Shown: positions 9,101 to 17,828, counted from the stretch's first letter. The stretch: DNA of 27,945 bases from Candidatus Nanobsidianus stetteri (GCF_003086415.1 NZ_QEFP02000019.1:1-27945), one strand, 5' to 3'. The notes: a model not told the origin generated them from the letters alone. Numbers and translations are program-made.

Positions 9101-9112
9101 GCTTTATAATTA
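9101..9112. promoter_or_regulatory. Central TATA-like element shared by divergent bcp and lrp
   Basis: TTTATAAT (9103-9110) is 25.5 nt from the bcp start (9081) and 26.5 nt from the lrp ATG (9133). The spacer is 51 nt. Confidence 0.45.
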
Positions 9113-9132
9113 TTATATTATATTAGTTATTA

Positions 9133-9573
9133 ATGGTACGAAGATCGTATATAGATGATATAGATAATAAAATAATTAAGATATTAATAAATAATTCTCG
9201 TATATCAAACACCAAAATAGCAAAATTATTAAATATATCGGAGGCTTCTGTTAGAAAAAGAATTAAAAAGATAATAAAGATTGGTATAATAAAAAAATTT
9301 ACAGTTGAATTAAATTATAATTTATTGGGGTATAAAAGAGTATTTATAGGATTGAATATAGATAAAGATAAAATATTTAATATATTAGAAAAAGTATCTA
9401 AGAACAAAAATATAATTAACATATATTTAGCAGGGGGAGATCATGATATATTAATAGATTTTTTATATACCAAACCTGAAGAGCTTGATGAATATATAAA
9501 ATATTTACAAAGTATTGAAGGTATTAAATCTATATGGCCGACAATTGTAATAGATCATTATGAGTCACGATAA
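9133..9573 (+). CDS. lrp: Lrp/AsnC-family transcriptional regulator
   Basis: The N-terminal HTH is 'DDIDNKIIKILINNSRISNTKIAKLLNISEASVRKRIKKI'. It is followed by a ~70-aa RAM/AsnC_trans_reg-like domain. Confidence 0.85.
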   Translation: MVRRSYIDDIDNKIIKILINNSRISNTKIAKLLNISEASVRKRIKKIIKIGIIKKFTVELNYNLLGYKRVFIGLNIDKDKIFNILEKVSKNKNIINIYLAGGDHDILIDFLYTKPEELDEYIKYLQSIEGIKSIWPTIVIDHYESR

Positions 9574-9622
9574 TTTAGGTACGAATTTTAACCCTTATAA
9601 AAATAATATGTAACTATTTTTT

Positions 9623-10318
9623 ATGGAAGGAGAAAAAATTAATGGAATCCCAAGAATAGGTAGTAGATTTCCAGAAGTAGAAGTAGATACAACACATGGA
9701 AGAATAAAATTGCCAAATTACTATAAGGGAAAGTGGTTTATATTGTTTAGCCATCCAGCAGATTTTACGCCAGTATGTACAACAGAATTTGTAGAATTTG
9801 CAAGAATGTATCCAAAATTTAAAGAATTGGGAGTAGAATTAATAGGATTGTCAGTAGATCAAGTATATTCTCATATAAAATGGGTTGAATGGATAAGGCA
9901 AAAGGCAGAAACAGAAGTTCCATTCCCAATAATTGCGGATCACTTAGGAAAATTAGCATCTATGTTGGGGATGCTACCAGAAAATGGGGGTACAAATACT
10001 GTAAGAGCTGTATTTGTTGTAGATCCAGAAGGAATTATAAGAGCAATTGTATATTATCCACAGGAGGTTGGAAGGAATATTACAGAAATATATAGATTGG
10101 TATATGCATTACAAGTATCGGATAAAGAAAAAGTTGCATTACCAGCAAATTGGTATGTAGATAAATTAGAATGGAAGTCATCCAGTTTAATTGGAAATAA
10201 ATTAATAATACCGCCGGCAAATTCAATTGGAAAAGTAAAGGAAATAGAAGAGAAAGCTAAGAAGAAAGAAATAGAGATGCTGGATTGGTGGTTTGCTTAT
10301 AAAGAGTCAGAAAAATAA
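9623..10318 (+). CDS. Peroxiredoxin (archaeal Prx, Prx6-like subfamily)
   Basis: Contains '[18 protein letters not shown]', '[11 protein letters not shown]' and '[12 protein letters not shown]'. Length is 231 aa. Confidence 0.9.
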   Translation: MEGEKINGIPRIGSRFPEVEVDTTHGRIKLPNYYKGKWFILFSHPADFTPVCTTEFVEFARMYPKFKELGVELIGLSVDQVYSHIKWVEWIRQKAETEVPFPIIADHLGKLASMLGMLPENGGTNTVRAVFVVDPEGIIRAIVYYPQEVGRNITEIYRLVYALQVSDKEKVALPANWYVDKLEWKSSSLIGNKLIIPPANSIGKVKEIEEKAKKKEIEMLDWWFAYKESEK

Positions 10319-10320
10319 TT

Positions 10321-11061
10321 TTATTTTTTCGAATATTGTTTATACAATATTATAGAAAATAAATTTCCTATTGGTGTTACAAATTCTGAGGATATAAATG
10401 AATTTAATAGAGTAAATGCAAAATTATTGTAATATATTTGAAGTATATAAGTTATTATTAATATGGAATCTATAAGAAGATTATAAAGCAATATTAATGC
10501 AGAATCTCTTATTTTTATATTCTTCCATGATTCATATAAAGAATCATGTATACTTTTTTTCTTAAATATAACAATCATTGGAGAGAAAAATATTTTATTA
10601 AATAATATTATTAAAAGTAAAGAAAAAACAATAAATGATGTTATATATATTATCTTGGATAATTGTAGATTTATAATAAAAAAAGGAATTGAAATAAATA
10701 TAGATATAAATAAAGAAATTATAATAGAAGTAAATACAGCAATAACAGTTATTAAATATGTTAATAAAAATGGAAAATAATTCTTTATTGATTTTTTTAT
10801 TGATTTTAATATACTTTTTTCTTCTTCATAATAAAAATATATTGTTAATCTTGTAAAAGTATAAAATATTATAAAAATTATAAAAGATAGAAATAGATAA
10901 GTTAAGAAATATTCCAAATTTCCATACAATTCACTTTTAGTATAATATAATGGTATTGAAGGTATAAGTAAAATTAGATATATAAAAAATATATTCTTAA
11001 AATTATTAATATAAAAGGAAAAAGATTCTTTTAATGCTTCTTTATATTTCAATTGAGTCAC
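10321..11061 (-). CDS. Polytopic membrane protein, function unknown
   Basis: About six hydrophobic segments are present. The N-terminal amphipathic 'YKEALKESFSFYINNFKN' resembles the N-termini of the two paralogs at 17829 and 18568. Confidence 0.5.
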   Translation of the reverse strand: MTQLKYKEALKESFSFYINNFKNIFFIYLILLIPSIPLYYTKSELYGNLEYFLTYLFLSFIIFIIFYTFTRLTIYFYYEEEKSILKSIKKSIKNYFPFLLTYLITVIAVFTSIIISLFISIFISIPFFIINLQLSKIIYITSFIVFSLLLIILFNKIFFSPMIVIFKKKSIHDSLYESWKNIKIRDSALILLYNLLIDSILIITYILQIYYNNFAFTLLNSFISSEFVTPIGNLFSIILYKQYSKK

Positions 11062-11731
11062 CTGGATTTAATATTATTACATTTGTATTTTTTGCTTTTT
11101 CTTTTAAAATTTCGGGTTTTGTTTCAATAACATGGAATGTATTATAATGCATTGGTATAACATTCTTTGGTTTTAAATATTCTATTGCAATTAAAGCCTG
11201 ATTAATATCCATTGTATAATGTCCTCCAATTGGTAATAAAGCTAGATCAATATCCCCAACAATTTTTGGTATTAGTTTCATATCTTCAAATACCATAGTA
11301 TCACCAGCATGATATATTATCCTATCATCAACCTTTATTACAAAACTACCTGGATTTCCCAACCATAATATATTATCTTTATCATCAATTATGCTTGAAC
11401 TATGTACTGCAGGGAATAAATATATTTCTATATTATTTTGAACTGTTTTACCACCAAAATTTAATCCAATTGTTTTTATTCCAAATTTTTCTAAATATCT
11501 AGCTATTTCAAAAATAGAAATTACTTTTATATCATTATCTTGAGCCAATTCTATTGTATCACCCAAATGATCAAAATGTGCGTGTGTTACTAATATTATA
11601 TCTATATCTTCTAAATCTGCTTCTTCATACTTTGCTTTTGGATTTTGTTTAATAAATGGATCTATTAATATATTTCCATATGTACTCTTAATTAAAAAAC
11701 AAGCATGTCCTATCCATTTTACATATACCAT
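11042..11731 (-). CDS. Metallo-beta-lactamase-fold metal-dependent hydrolase (UPF0173-like)
   Basis: Contains 'ILVTHAHFDHLGD' (H-x-H-x-D-H) plus downstream 'YHAGDT' and 'IPMHYNTF'. Length is 229 aa. Confidence 0.8.
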   Translation of the reverse strand: MVYVKWIGHACFLIKSTYGNILIDPFIKQNPKAKYEEADLEDIDIILVTHAHFDHLGDTIELAQDNDIKVISIFEIARYLEKFGIKTIGLNFGGKTVQNNIEIYLFPAVHSSSIIDDKDNILWLGNPGSFVIKVDDRIIYHAGDTMVFEDMKLIPKIVGDIDLALLPIGGHYTMDINQALIAIEYLKPKNVIPMHYNTFHVIETKPEILKEKAKNTNVIILNPGDSIEI

Positions 11732-11772
11732 AGATAAAATATATTTATTACATTTTAGAATATTTTTATAAT

Positions 11773-13080
11773 ATGTATATAGCCCCTTACATAATACTAA
11801 TAATAATATTTGTAGAATTATTATTATCTATATATACCCTATTATTTCTATTATCTTATGATAAAGAAGAGATTAATTATGAAATAAAAGATTATCCAAA
11901 GGTATCAATAATTGTACCTGCATATAATGAAGGTAAAAATATAAAAAACACATTGGAAAGATTAATAGATCTAGAATATCCAAAAGATAAATTGGAAATA
12001 ATTGTTGTGGATGACGGATCAAAGGATAATACATATGAAATAGCAAAAGAATATGAAGAGAAATATAATTTTGTAAAGGTATATAAAAAGGAAAATGGTG
12101 GAAAATCTTCAGCATTAAATTATGGAATAAAGAAATCTAGTGGAGAAATAATTGTTACATTAGATGCAGATTCTATTCCTGAAAAAGATTCTTTAATAAA
12201 AATGTTAAAATACATGTACTATTATAATGCAGATATTGTTGTTCCAGCAATACAAACAATTAGTACAAAAAAATTTATTGAAAAATATCAATATATTGAT
12301 TATGCAATACATAATTTTTCTGGTATTGTTGTTGATACAATGAATTCTGTATTTATAGCATCAGGCCCATTTTCTGTATTTAAAAGATCAGTATTTGAAA
12401 AGATTGGAGTATTTGATGAAAAAAATATAAGTGAAGATATGGAAATTGCATTAAGAGCACAGAAAAATAATTTCAAAGTAAAATTTTGTCCAGAAGTTAT
12501 TATAAAAACTGTTCCTCCAGATAATTTTAAATCATTATTAAAACAAAGGGTAAGATGGACTTTAGGATTTATTGAAAATTATACAAAATATAGAGATATA
12601 GAAAATGAATATTTGAGAGAAGTTGTTTTTGGTATTAATATAGTTTTATATATCTTAATACCATTATCATTTTCAGTAATATTATATATATATGGATATC
12701 AGCTATATAATTTTTTAATATATTTATCTTCTATAAATTATAATATATTTTATTTCATCCAAAATTCTCTTTCTTTCAATATTAATTTATATATCTTTCA
12801 ATTATTGTCTACCTCTCAATTTATTTTAATAATATTTTCAATTATTTTATTAATAGATTTCTTTCTTTTTATTAGTATATATAGAAGGTATGATAAATCA
12901 AAATCCTGGTTATCTATAATTTATTATTCAATTATATACCTAATTTTTTCAGTATACTTTAATGCGGTCTTTATAATTGTAGCATTATATTATAAAATAT
13001 TTGGTAGAAATCTAAGATGGGGTGGAATTGTATGGAATAATAGTTTAATAAATAAACTGTTAAATAAGAAATATGGATAA
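11773..13080 (+). CDS. Family-2 glycosyltransferase of the processive beta-glycan synthase type (D,D,D,QxxRW) with a C-terminal multi-TM domain
   Basis: Contains 'VSIIVPAYNE', 'IIVVDDGS', 'TLDADS', 'SEDMEIALR' and 'QRVRW' (12544-12558). There is one N-terminal TM segment and several C-terminal ones. Confidence 0.8.
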   Translation: MYIAPYIILIIIFVELLLSIYTLLFLLSYDKEEINYEIKDYPKVSIIVPAYNEGKNIKNTLERLIDLEYPKDKLEIIVVDDGSKDNTYEIAKEYEEKYNFVKVYKKENGGKSSALNYGIKKSSGEIIVTLDADSIPEKDSLIKMLKYMYYYNADIVVPAIQTISTKKFIEKYQYIDYAIHNFSGIVVDTMNSVFIASGPFSVFKRSVFEKIGVFDEKNISEDMEIALRAQKNNFKVKFCPEVIIKTVPPDNFKSLLKQRVRWTLGFIENYTKYRDIENEYLREVVFGINIVLYILIPLSFSVILYIYGYQLYNFLIYLSSINYNIFYFIQNSLSFNINLYIFQLLSTSQFILIIFSIILLIDFFLFISIYRRYDKSKSWLSIIYYSIIYLIFSVYFNAVFIIVALYYKIFGRNLRWGGIVWNNSLINKLLNKKYG

Positions 13081-13734
13081 ACCTAAGAATATAATAACAA
13101 TAGCAATAATAATATCTATATTATCCTTTTTCTTAGGAATAATTCTAGGTTATTTATTATATCAATATTCATTTCAACAGAATATATTACAAATTGATGA
13201 AATAAATTCTTTAGTAATTTCAGCCCAATATTTAGCAAATTCTCAAAATTTAGAGTGTAATAATAATTATTTATCTTTTTTGGAATATTTAAAATCTCAA
13301 ATTGCTCAGGTTGGTCAGGAACTAACATATTTAGAATCAAAGGAAAATATATATTATAATGAAGAAGAAGTAAGATATTTGAAATCCCAATATTTTAATA
13401 TGGAATATTTACACTTTTTATTAACTAGAAAATATATAGAAGATTGTAATATAACAAATTTCACATTGATTTTATATTTCTATAATAATCAATATTGTGG
13501 AAGTGCATGTGATCAAGAAGGTGATATTTTAACATATTTATATGTACAAAATCAATATATATTTTGTATATATATTCATTTGATTCAGGCTATCCAAATT
13601 ACTTTATAAGTTATTATAATTTAAATTATAATATTACTACCTGGCCATTTATTATTATATATAGAAATAATGAGACATATATTATTAGAGGATTTGCAAG
13701 TTTGGATGAATTAGAAAGTTATTTAACAAAATAA
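13073..13734 (+). pseudogene. Membrane-anchored thioredoxin-fold protein (CxxC), interrupted by a frameshift in an AT-dinucleotide tract
   Basis: Frame 0 (13073-13609) has an N-terminal TM segment, a coiled coil and 'CGSAC' (13496-13510). Frame +2 is open from 13525 to the TAA at 13732-13734. It encodes the rest of a thioredoxin fold ('SIYILYIYSFDS', 'ITTWPFIIIY' with a cis-Pro-like position, 'ETYIIRGFASLDELESYL'). The shift lies near (AT)4 at 13555-13562 or (TA)4 at 13567-13575. Confidence 0.55.
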
Positions 13735-15035
13735 CTATTTACTTTATAAATATATATCTGACAATTATTTGGATCCGTATAATAATATATTAATGATATA
13801 TTATAATCGTTTGGATTGAATGGGAAAGGTGTTCCACAATTTGGAGAATATATAAGGAATTGAGGATAAACTCTTGGGATTAAATATGTAGCATTATACA
13901 TTATATAAACCTGAGAATTTGTATAATATGCAACCATTGGCCAAAAAACATTTGTTAATACTACATTTGGGTTATATTGATTTAAATATTCAGAAGCTTT
14001 ATATACATAATTTAAATATGTATTTCCCAGGTTTGTATCATAATTTATTAAAAATAATACACCATTATAGATTGATATAATATTTAATAATGCAAATAAA
14101 AATAAATAGGGGAATTGTAAGCCTTTTATTTTATTAATAAATATTCTTGTCAATATTAAAAATGAGGGTAATATCATTAGAATATACCTCGCATCTTTTG
14201 CTTTAGCAAAAAATGCAAGGTATATTATTGATAATATTATATATAAATATATAGATCTATTATAGTTTTCAAGTTTCTTTGGGTTCTGTAATAAAGAAAA
14301 TAGATATGCAGAAGAAAATATAAATAAATTGAATAAAAATAGAGAAAGAGGTTGATAAGATGTATATGTATAAACAATTTCAGCCTGTTTAATAAATATA
14401 AATATTGGATTATGATATAATATTAAATTATATAAAAAATATGGGGTTAAAAATAATAAAGAATATAATATTGTTTTTAATTTATCCTTATTTTTTAAAA
14501 AGATTATTGAAGAAATTAACCATAAACCATATTCATATTTTGAGAGAATTGATAAAACTGAAAATAACGAATATAAAATTAAATTTCTCTCTTTATTATC
14601 TTTAAAATATTTTATATAGAAATATATTGAAAAGATTAATAAAGAAGATGCTAGAACGTCTGGATAAATTCTTGATGCCCAGACTAAAAATAATCCATTC
14701 AATGAATAAAATAAAATCAAAATATAGTTTATATATCTATTACTATATTCTTCTAATATTTTATATAAAAATACTGTTGATAAAGAAAAAATGAAAATTA
14801 AAAATAATTTTATGAAAAATATATTGAAATTTGTAATGTAAGAAATTGGAATTAATATCCACCATAATAATGGAAATCTATAATATTCAAAATATGGGGT
14901 ATTTAGTAATACATGTTTTACATTATCCAAATATGCATATTCATCCCAAAACAATATTGGAGGGGATAATAATAAGATAATTAATTGTGGTATAAACGAT
15001 ATAAGAAATATATAAACATAGTCATATTTATTCAT
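13719..15035 (-). CDS. GT-C fold glycosyltransferase (ArnT/PMT-like, lipid-linked sugar donor)
   Basis: The 438-aa product has more than 10 hydrophobic segments. The first loop carries 'LFWDEYAYLDN', a DE-containing acidic motif as in ArnT/PMT_2 enzymes. Confidence 0.55.
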   Translation of the reverse strand: MNKYDYVYIFLISFIPQLIILLLSPPILFWDEYAYLDNVKHVLLNTPYFEYYRFPLLWWILIPISYITNFNIFFIKLFLIFIFSLSTVFLYKILEEYSNRYINYILILFYSLNGLFLVWASRIYPDVLASSLLIFSIYFYIKYFKDNKERNLILYSLFSVLSILSKYEYGLWLISSIIFLKNKDKLKTILYSLLFLTPYFLYNLILYHNPIFIFIKQAEIVYTYTSYQPLSLFLFNLFIFSSAYLFSLLQNPKKLENYNRSIYLYIILSIIYLAFFAKAKDARYILMILPSFLILTRIFINKIKGLQFPYLFLFALLNIISIYNGVLFLINYDTNLGNTYLNYVYKASEYLNQYNPNVVLTNVFWPMVAYYTNSQVYIMYNATYLIPRVYPQFLIYSPNCGTPFPFNPNDYNISLIYYYTDPNNCQIYIYKVNSYFVK

Positions 15036-15054
15036 AAGAGTATTTCTTATAATA

Positions 15055-15067
15055 AACTTTTTAAATA
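15055..15067. promoter_or_regulatory. Central palindromic TATA-like element shared by the divergent GT-C and tRNA-thiolase genes
   Basis: TTTTTAAA (15058-15065) is 26.5 nt from the minus-strand start (15035) and 25.5 nt from the ATG at 15087. The spacer is 51 nt. Confidence 0.45.
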
Positions 15068-15086
15068 TTCATTTTTTATTTATTTC

Positions 15087-16097
15087 ATGAAATGCTTCTA
15101 TTGTGAAAGAGATGCAATTATAAAAATCCCATATTCAAAATTATGGTTATGTAAAGATCATTATATAGAATATATACAAAGAAGAGTATTAGAAACAATT
15201 AAAAGATATAAGTTAATTAAAAAGGGACAAAAAATATTGGTAGGAGTTTCTGGAGGTAAAGATAGTACATCATTATATCATATATTATTGAATATAAAGG
15301 ATGAAATTGGTTTTGAACTAATTGGTTTACATATAAATATGGGAATATATGATTTTTCTAAAAAATCTTTAGAAGCTATAAAGAATTTTAGTAAAGAATA
15401 TAATACGGAATTTATAATTTTAGATTCTAAAGAAATTATTGGATCATACTTACCAGAAACATTAGTAAAATTGGGTGCAAAAATATTACCAAATTATAAA
15501 GTAAAATATGTAAGACCAACATGTAGTATATGTGGATTATTAAGGAGATATATATTAAATGTTATTTCAAATGAATTAAATGTGGATTATATTGCTTTAG
15601 GGCATCATATGGATGATCTATTACCTTATATAATTAAAAATTTCTTTTTGCAAGATTTATATTCGATAAGTAAATTGGGTCCTAAAACAGAAAAAATAGA
15701 TTCCTTAGTTGGGAGAATTAGACCATTATATGAAATATCTGAAGAAGAAACAAAATTATATGCAAAATTATCAGGTATTCCATATTTAGAAGATCAATGT
15801 CCATTTAAATATGGTAGCAAAAGAATTGAAACAAATATTAGGGAATTTTTGGATAGAATGGAGAAGGAAAATCCAGGATTTAAAATATCTTTGGCAAGGG
15901 CTATTGCAAGAAATATTAAATTTTATGAAAATAAAGAAGAAATAAAATTAAATAAATGTAAATATTGCGGAATGCCAACATCTAAAGATATATGTGACTT
16001 TTGTAGAATAACAAAGAAAGCATTTGGTGAACCTAAAGGATTATATGTTAAAGAAAAAATATCGGAAATTTTAAAAGAAAATAAAATAGTTTCTTAA
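15087..16097 (+). CDS. PP-loop ATPase, TtuA/NcsA(Ctu1)-type tRNA 2-thiouridine synthetase
   Basis: Contains the PP-loop 'VGVSGGKDS', an N-terminal 'C-FY-C ... C-KD-H' zinc finger, 'CSICG' and 'LGHHMDD', and a C-terminal 'CKYC...CDFC'. The start is placed at ATG 15087. The track's TTG at 14985 would overlap the divergent gene and destroy the promoter spacing. Confidence 0.8.
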   Translation: MKCFYCERDAIIKIPYSKLWLCKDHYIEYIQRRVLETIKRYKLIKKGQKILVGVSGGKDSTSLYHILLNIKDEIGFELIGLHINMGIYDFSKKSLEAIKNFSKEYNTEFIILDSKEIIGSYLPETLVKLGAKILPNYKVKYVRPTCSICGLLRRYILNVISNELNVDYIALGHHMDDLLPYIIKNFFLQDLYSISKLGPKTEKIDSLVGRIRPLYEISEEETKLYAKLSGIPYLEDQCPFKYGSKRIETNIREFLDRMEKENPGFKISLARAIARNIKFYENKEEIKLNKCKYCGMPTSKDICDFCRITKKAFGEPKGLYVKEKISEILKENKIVS

Positions 16098-16274
16098 TTT
16101 ATCGAGGCACTATTTATAAATTTAAATAAATGTATATTTTTCATTTTTCTATTAGATCTTCATAACAAAAAATTTATGTCCTAATTATATTATCTTTCTT
16201 TTAAAGTTGCTTTTATTATTTAGTTATTTCTGTATAGCATATTTATATATGACTTTGTTATAAATATAATAATT

Positions 16275-17798
16275 ATGAAACTTGAAAAACCTGAAGTACA
16301 TTATAATGCTTTAGATGTATTAGCAAATCAAATTGTTGGGATGACTTTAGAATATGGAGAAGTTGATATTGATATTGTTTGGGATACAATAAAAAGATCT
16401 TATATATATAAAGATTTAACATATGAAGAATTTTTAAATATAATAAATTTCTTAGATTCAATAAAGATTTTAATATATGATAAAGAAAATAAGAAATTGA
16501 TTAAGACAAGAAAAGGATTATTTTATTTTTTAGATAATATTTCAATGATACCAGATGAAAAATCATATGATGTATATGATATAACAACTGGTCAAAAAAT
16601 TGGTATATTACATGAGGAATTTGTTGCAAAGCATGGAAATCCTGGTACAATATTTATATTAAGGGGTTTACCATGGAAGATTGAAAAGATTGAAAAAAAG
16701 AAGATTTTGGTTGGATTGGAAAAAGATTTTGAATCTGCAATACCTTCCTGGGAAGGTGAATTATTACCTGTTCCATTAGAAGTTGCACAGGAAGCACAGG
16801 AAATAAAAAGGGATTTATTAAATTTTGATGAACTAAAAAATCAAGAATTATATTTTTATCCAAATAAAGATAATATATATATTGAACAATATAGGGATTG
16901 GTTCATTATTCATTCTCCATTCGGAAGTAAAATAAATGATGCATTATCAAGACTAATTTCCCAAATATTATCAGAAAAATATGGAATTGTTGTTGGAATA
17001 AAAACAGATCCTTATAGGATAATGTTAAAAGCTGGATATATTACAAAGGAAAATATTAAGGAAGTAATTGAAAATATTGATTTAGATAATGTTGAAAATA
17101 TATTGGAAAAAGCAATGGTTAATACAGATTTATTTTTATGGAAATTTTCTCATGTTGCAAAAAGATTTGGAGTAATTAGAAAGGATGCAGATTATTCAAA
17201 ATCTACTTTAAGAAGAATTTTAGATCATTTAATAAATACACCAGTATATAAGGAAACATTAAATGAATTATTTATTGAAAAATTGGATGTAAAAAATTTA
17301 AAGATGATATTAAAGAAAATAAAAGAAGGAAAAATAAAGGTAAATATTGTTGATAGGGAAAATATATCTCCTTTAGCAATTTTAGGATTGGAAGAATATG
17401 TATCTGATGTATTGATTTCTGATAAATGGAGAGAAGTATTAAAATTGGTAAAAGAAAGAATTGAAAATACAGAATTAATATTTGTTTGTATGGCCTGTGG
17501 AACAAAATATAAAATAAAAGTAAAGGATTATAATGAAAAATTTAAATGCAAAAAATGTGGAGGTCAATATTTTGGTGTTGCAAAAAGTGAAAAAGATTTG
17601 GAAGATGAGAAAAAATTAAATATAACTGCAGAATTATTAAGGAATTATGGTAAAAAATTTGTATTTATTTATGCTGGTAAAGGTATAAGTTATTTATCTG
17701 CAAAGTTTTTATTAAAGAAGGAATATAAAAATGAGGATGAATTATTAATGAATCTTATTGAATATGAAAAGAGAGGTATGAAATTTGCAAAAAGATAA
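16275..17798 (+). CDS. lhr: Stand-alone C-terminal half of an Lhr-type helicase (winged-helix and DEAD/H-associated domains plus a zinc ribbon), with no helicase core
   Basis: 'NALDVLANQIVGM' matches the start of the WH domain that follows RecA2 in Lhr. A long alpha/beta domain follows, then 'CMACG...CKKCG'. No Walker A/B or DEAH motif occurs in this ORF or in the 177-nt upstream spacer. It has its own TATA-like element (16242-16249). Confidence 0.65.
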   Translation: MKLEKPEVHYNALDVLANQIVGMTLEYGEVDIDIVWDTIKRSYIYKDLTYEEFLNIINFLDSIKILIYDKENKKLIKTRKGLFYFLDNISMIPDEKSYDVYDITTGQKIGILHEEFVAKHGNPGTIFILRGLPWKIEKIEKKKILVGLEKDFESAIPSWEGELLPVPLEVAQEAQEIKRDLLNFDELKNQELYFYPNKDNIYIEQYRDWFIIHSPFGSKINDALSRLISQILSEKYGIVVGIKTDPYRIMLKAGYITKENIKEVIENIDLDNVENILEKAMVNTDLFLWKFSHVAKRFGVIRKDADYSKSTLRRILDHLINTPVYKETLNELFIEKLDVKNLKMILKKIKEGKIKVNIVDRENISPLAILGLEEYVSDVLISDKWREVLKLVKERIENTELIFVCMACGTKYKIKVKDYNEKFKCKKCGGQYFGVAKSEKDLEDEKKLNITAELLRNYGKKFVFIYAGKGISYLSAKFLLKKEYKNEDELLMNLIEYEKRGMKFAKR

Positions 17799-17828
17799 TA
17801 TTTTAAATTTTATTAAGTATCAATTTTT

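Noticed and set aside
9889-10095. 68-aa same-strand out-of-frame ORF inside the peroxiredoxin gene
   Set aside because: It lies in an alternative frame of a strongly supported CDS and has no evidence of its own.
11732-11772. 41-nt divergent spacer between the MBL hydrolase and GT2 genes as a fourth shared-TATA promoter
   Set aside because: It is too short for one TATA to sit 26 nt from both starts. The best-fitting elements would be two crossed boxes (about 11747 and 11757) in pure A/T sequence, which cannot be supported from sequence alone.
11873-13340. Minus-strand ORFs 11873-12115 and 13116-13340
   Set aside because: They are antisense shadows of the GT2 and thioredoxin-like genes.
14405-14605. 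66-aa plus-strand ORF inside the GT-C gene
   Set aside because: It is antisense to a long polytopic membrane CDS.
14985-15086. N-terminal 34-codon extension of the tRNA-thiolase ORF (TTG start at 14985)
   Set aside because: It would overlap the divergent GT-C gene by 51 nt and consume the whole promoter spacer. The ATG at 15087 gives the expected N-terminal CxxC zinc finger and the 26-nt TATA spacing.
16273-17505. Minus-strand ORFs 16273-16461, 16654-16863 and 17272-17505
   Set aside because: They are antisense to the Lhr C-terminal CDS, and their peptides are low-complexity Leu/Phe/Ile strings.
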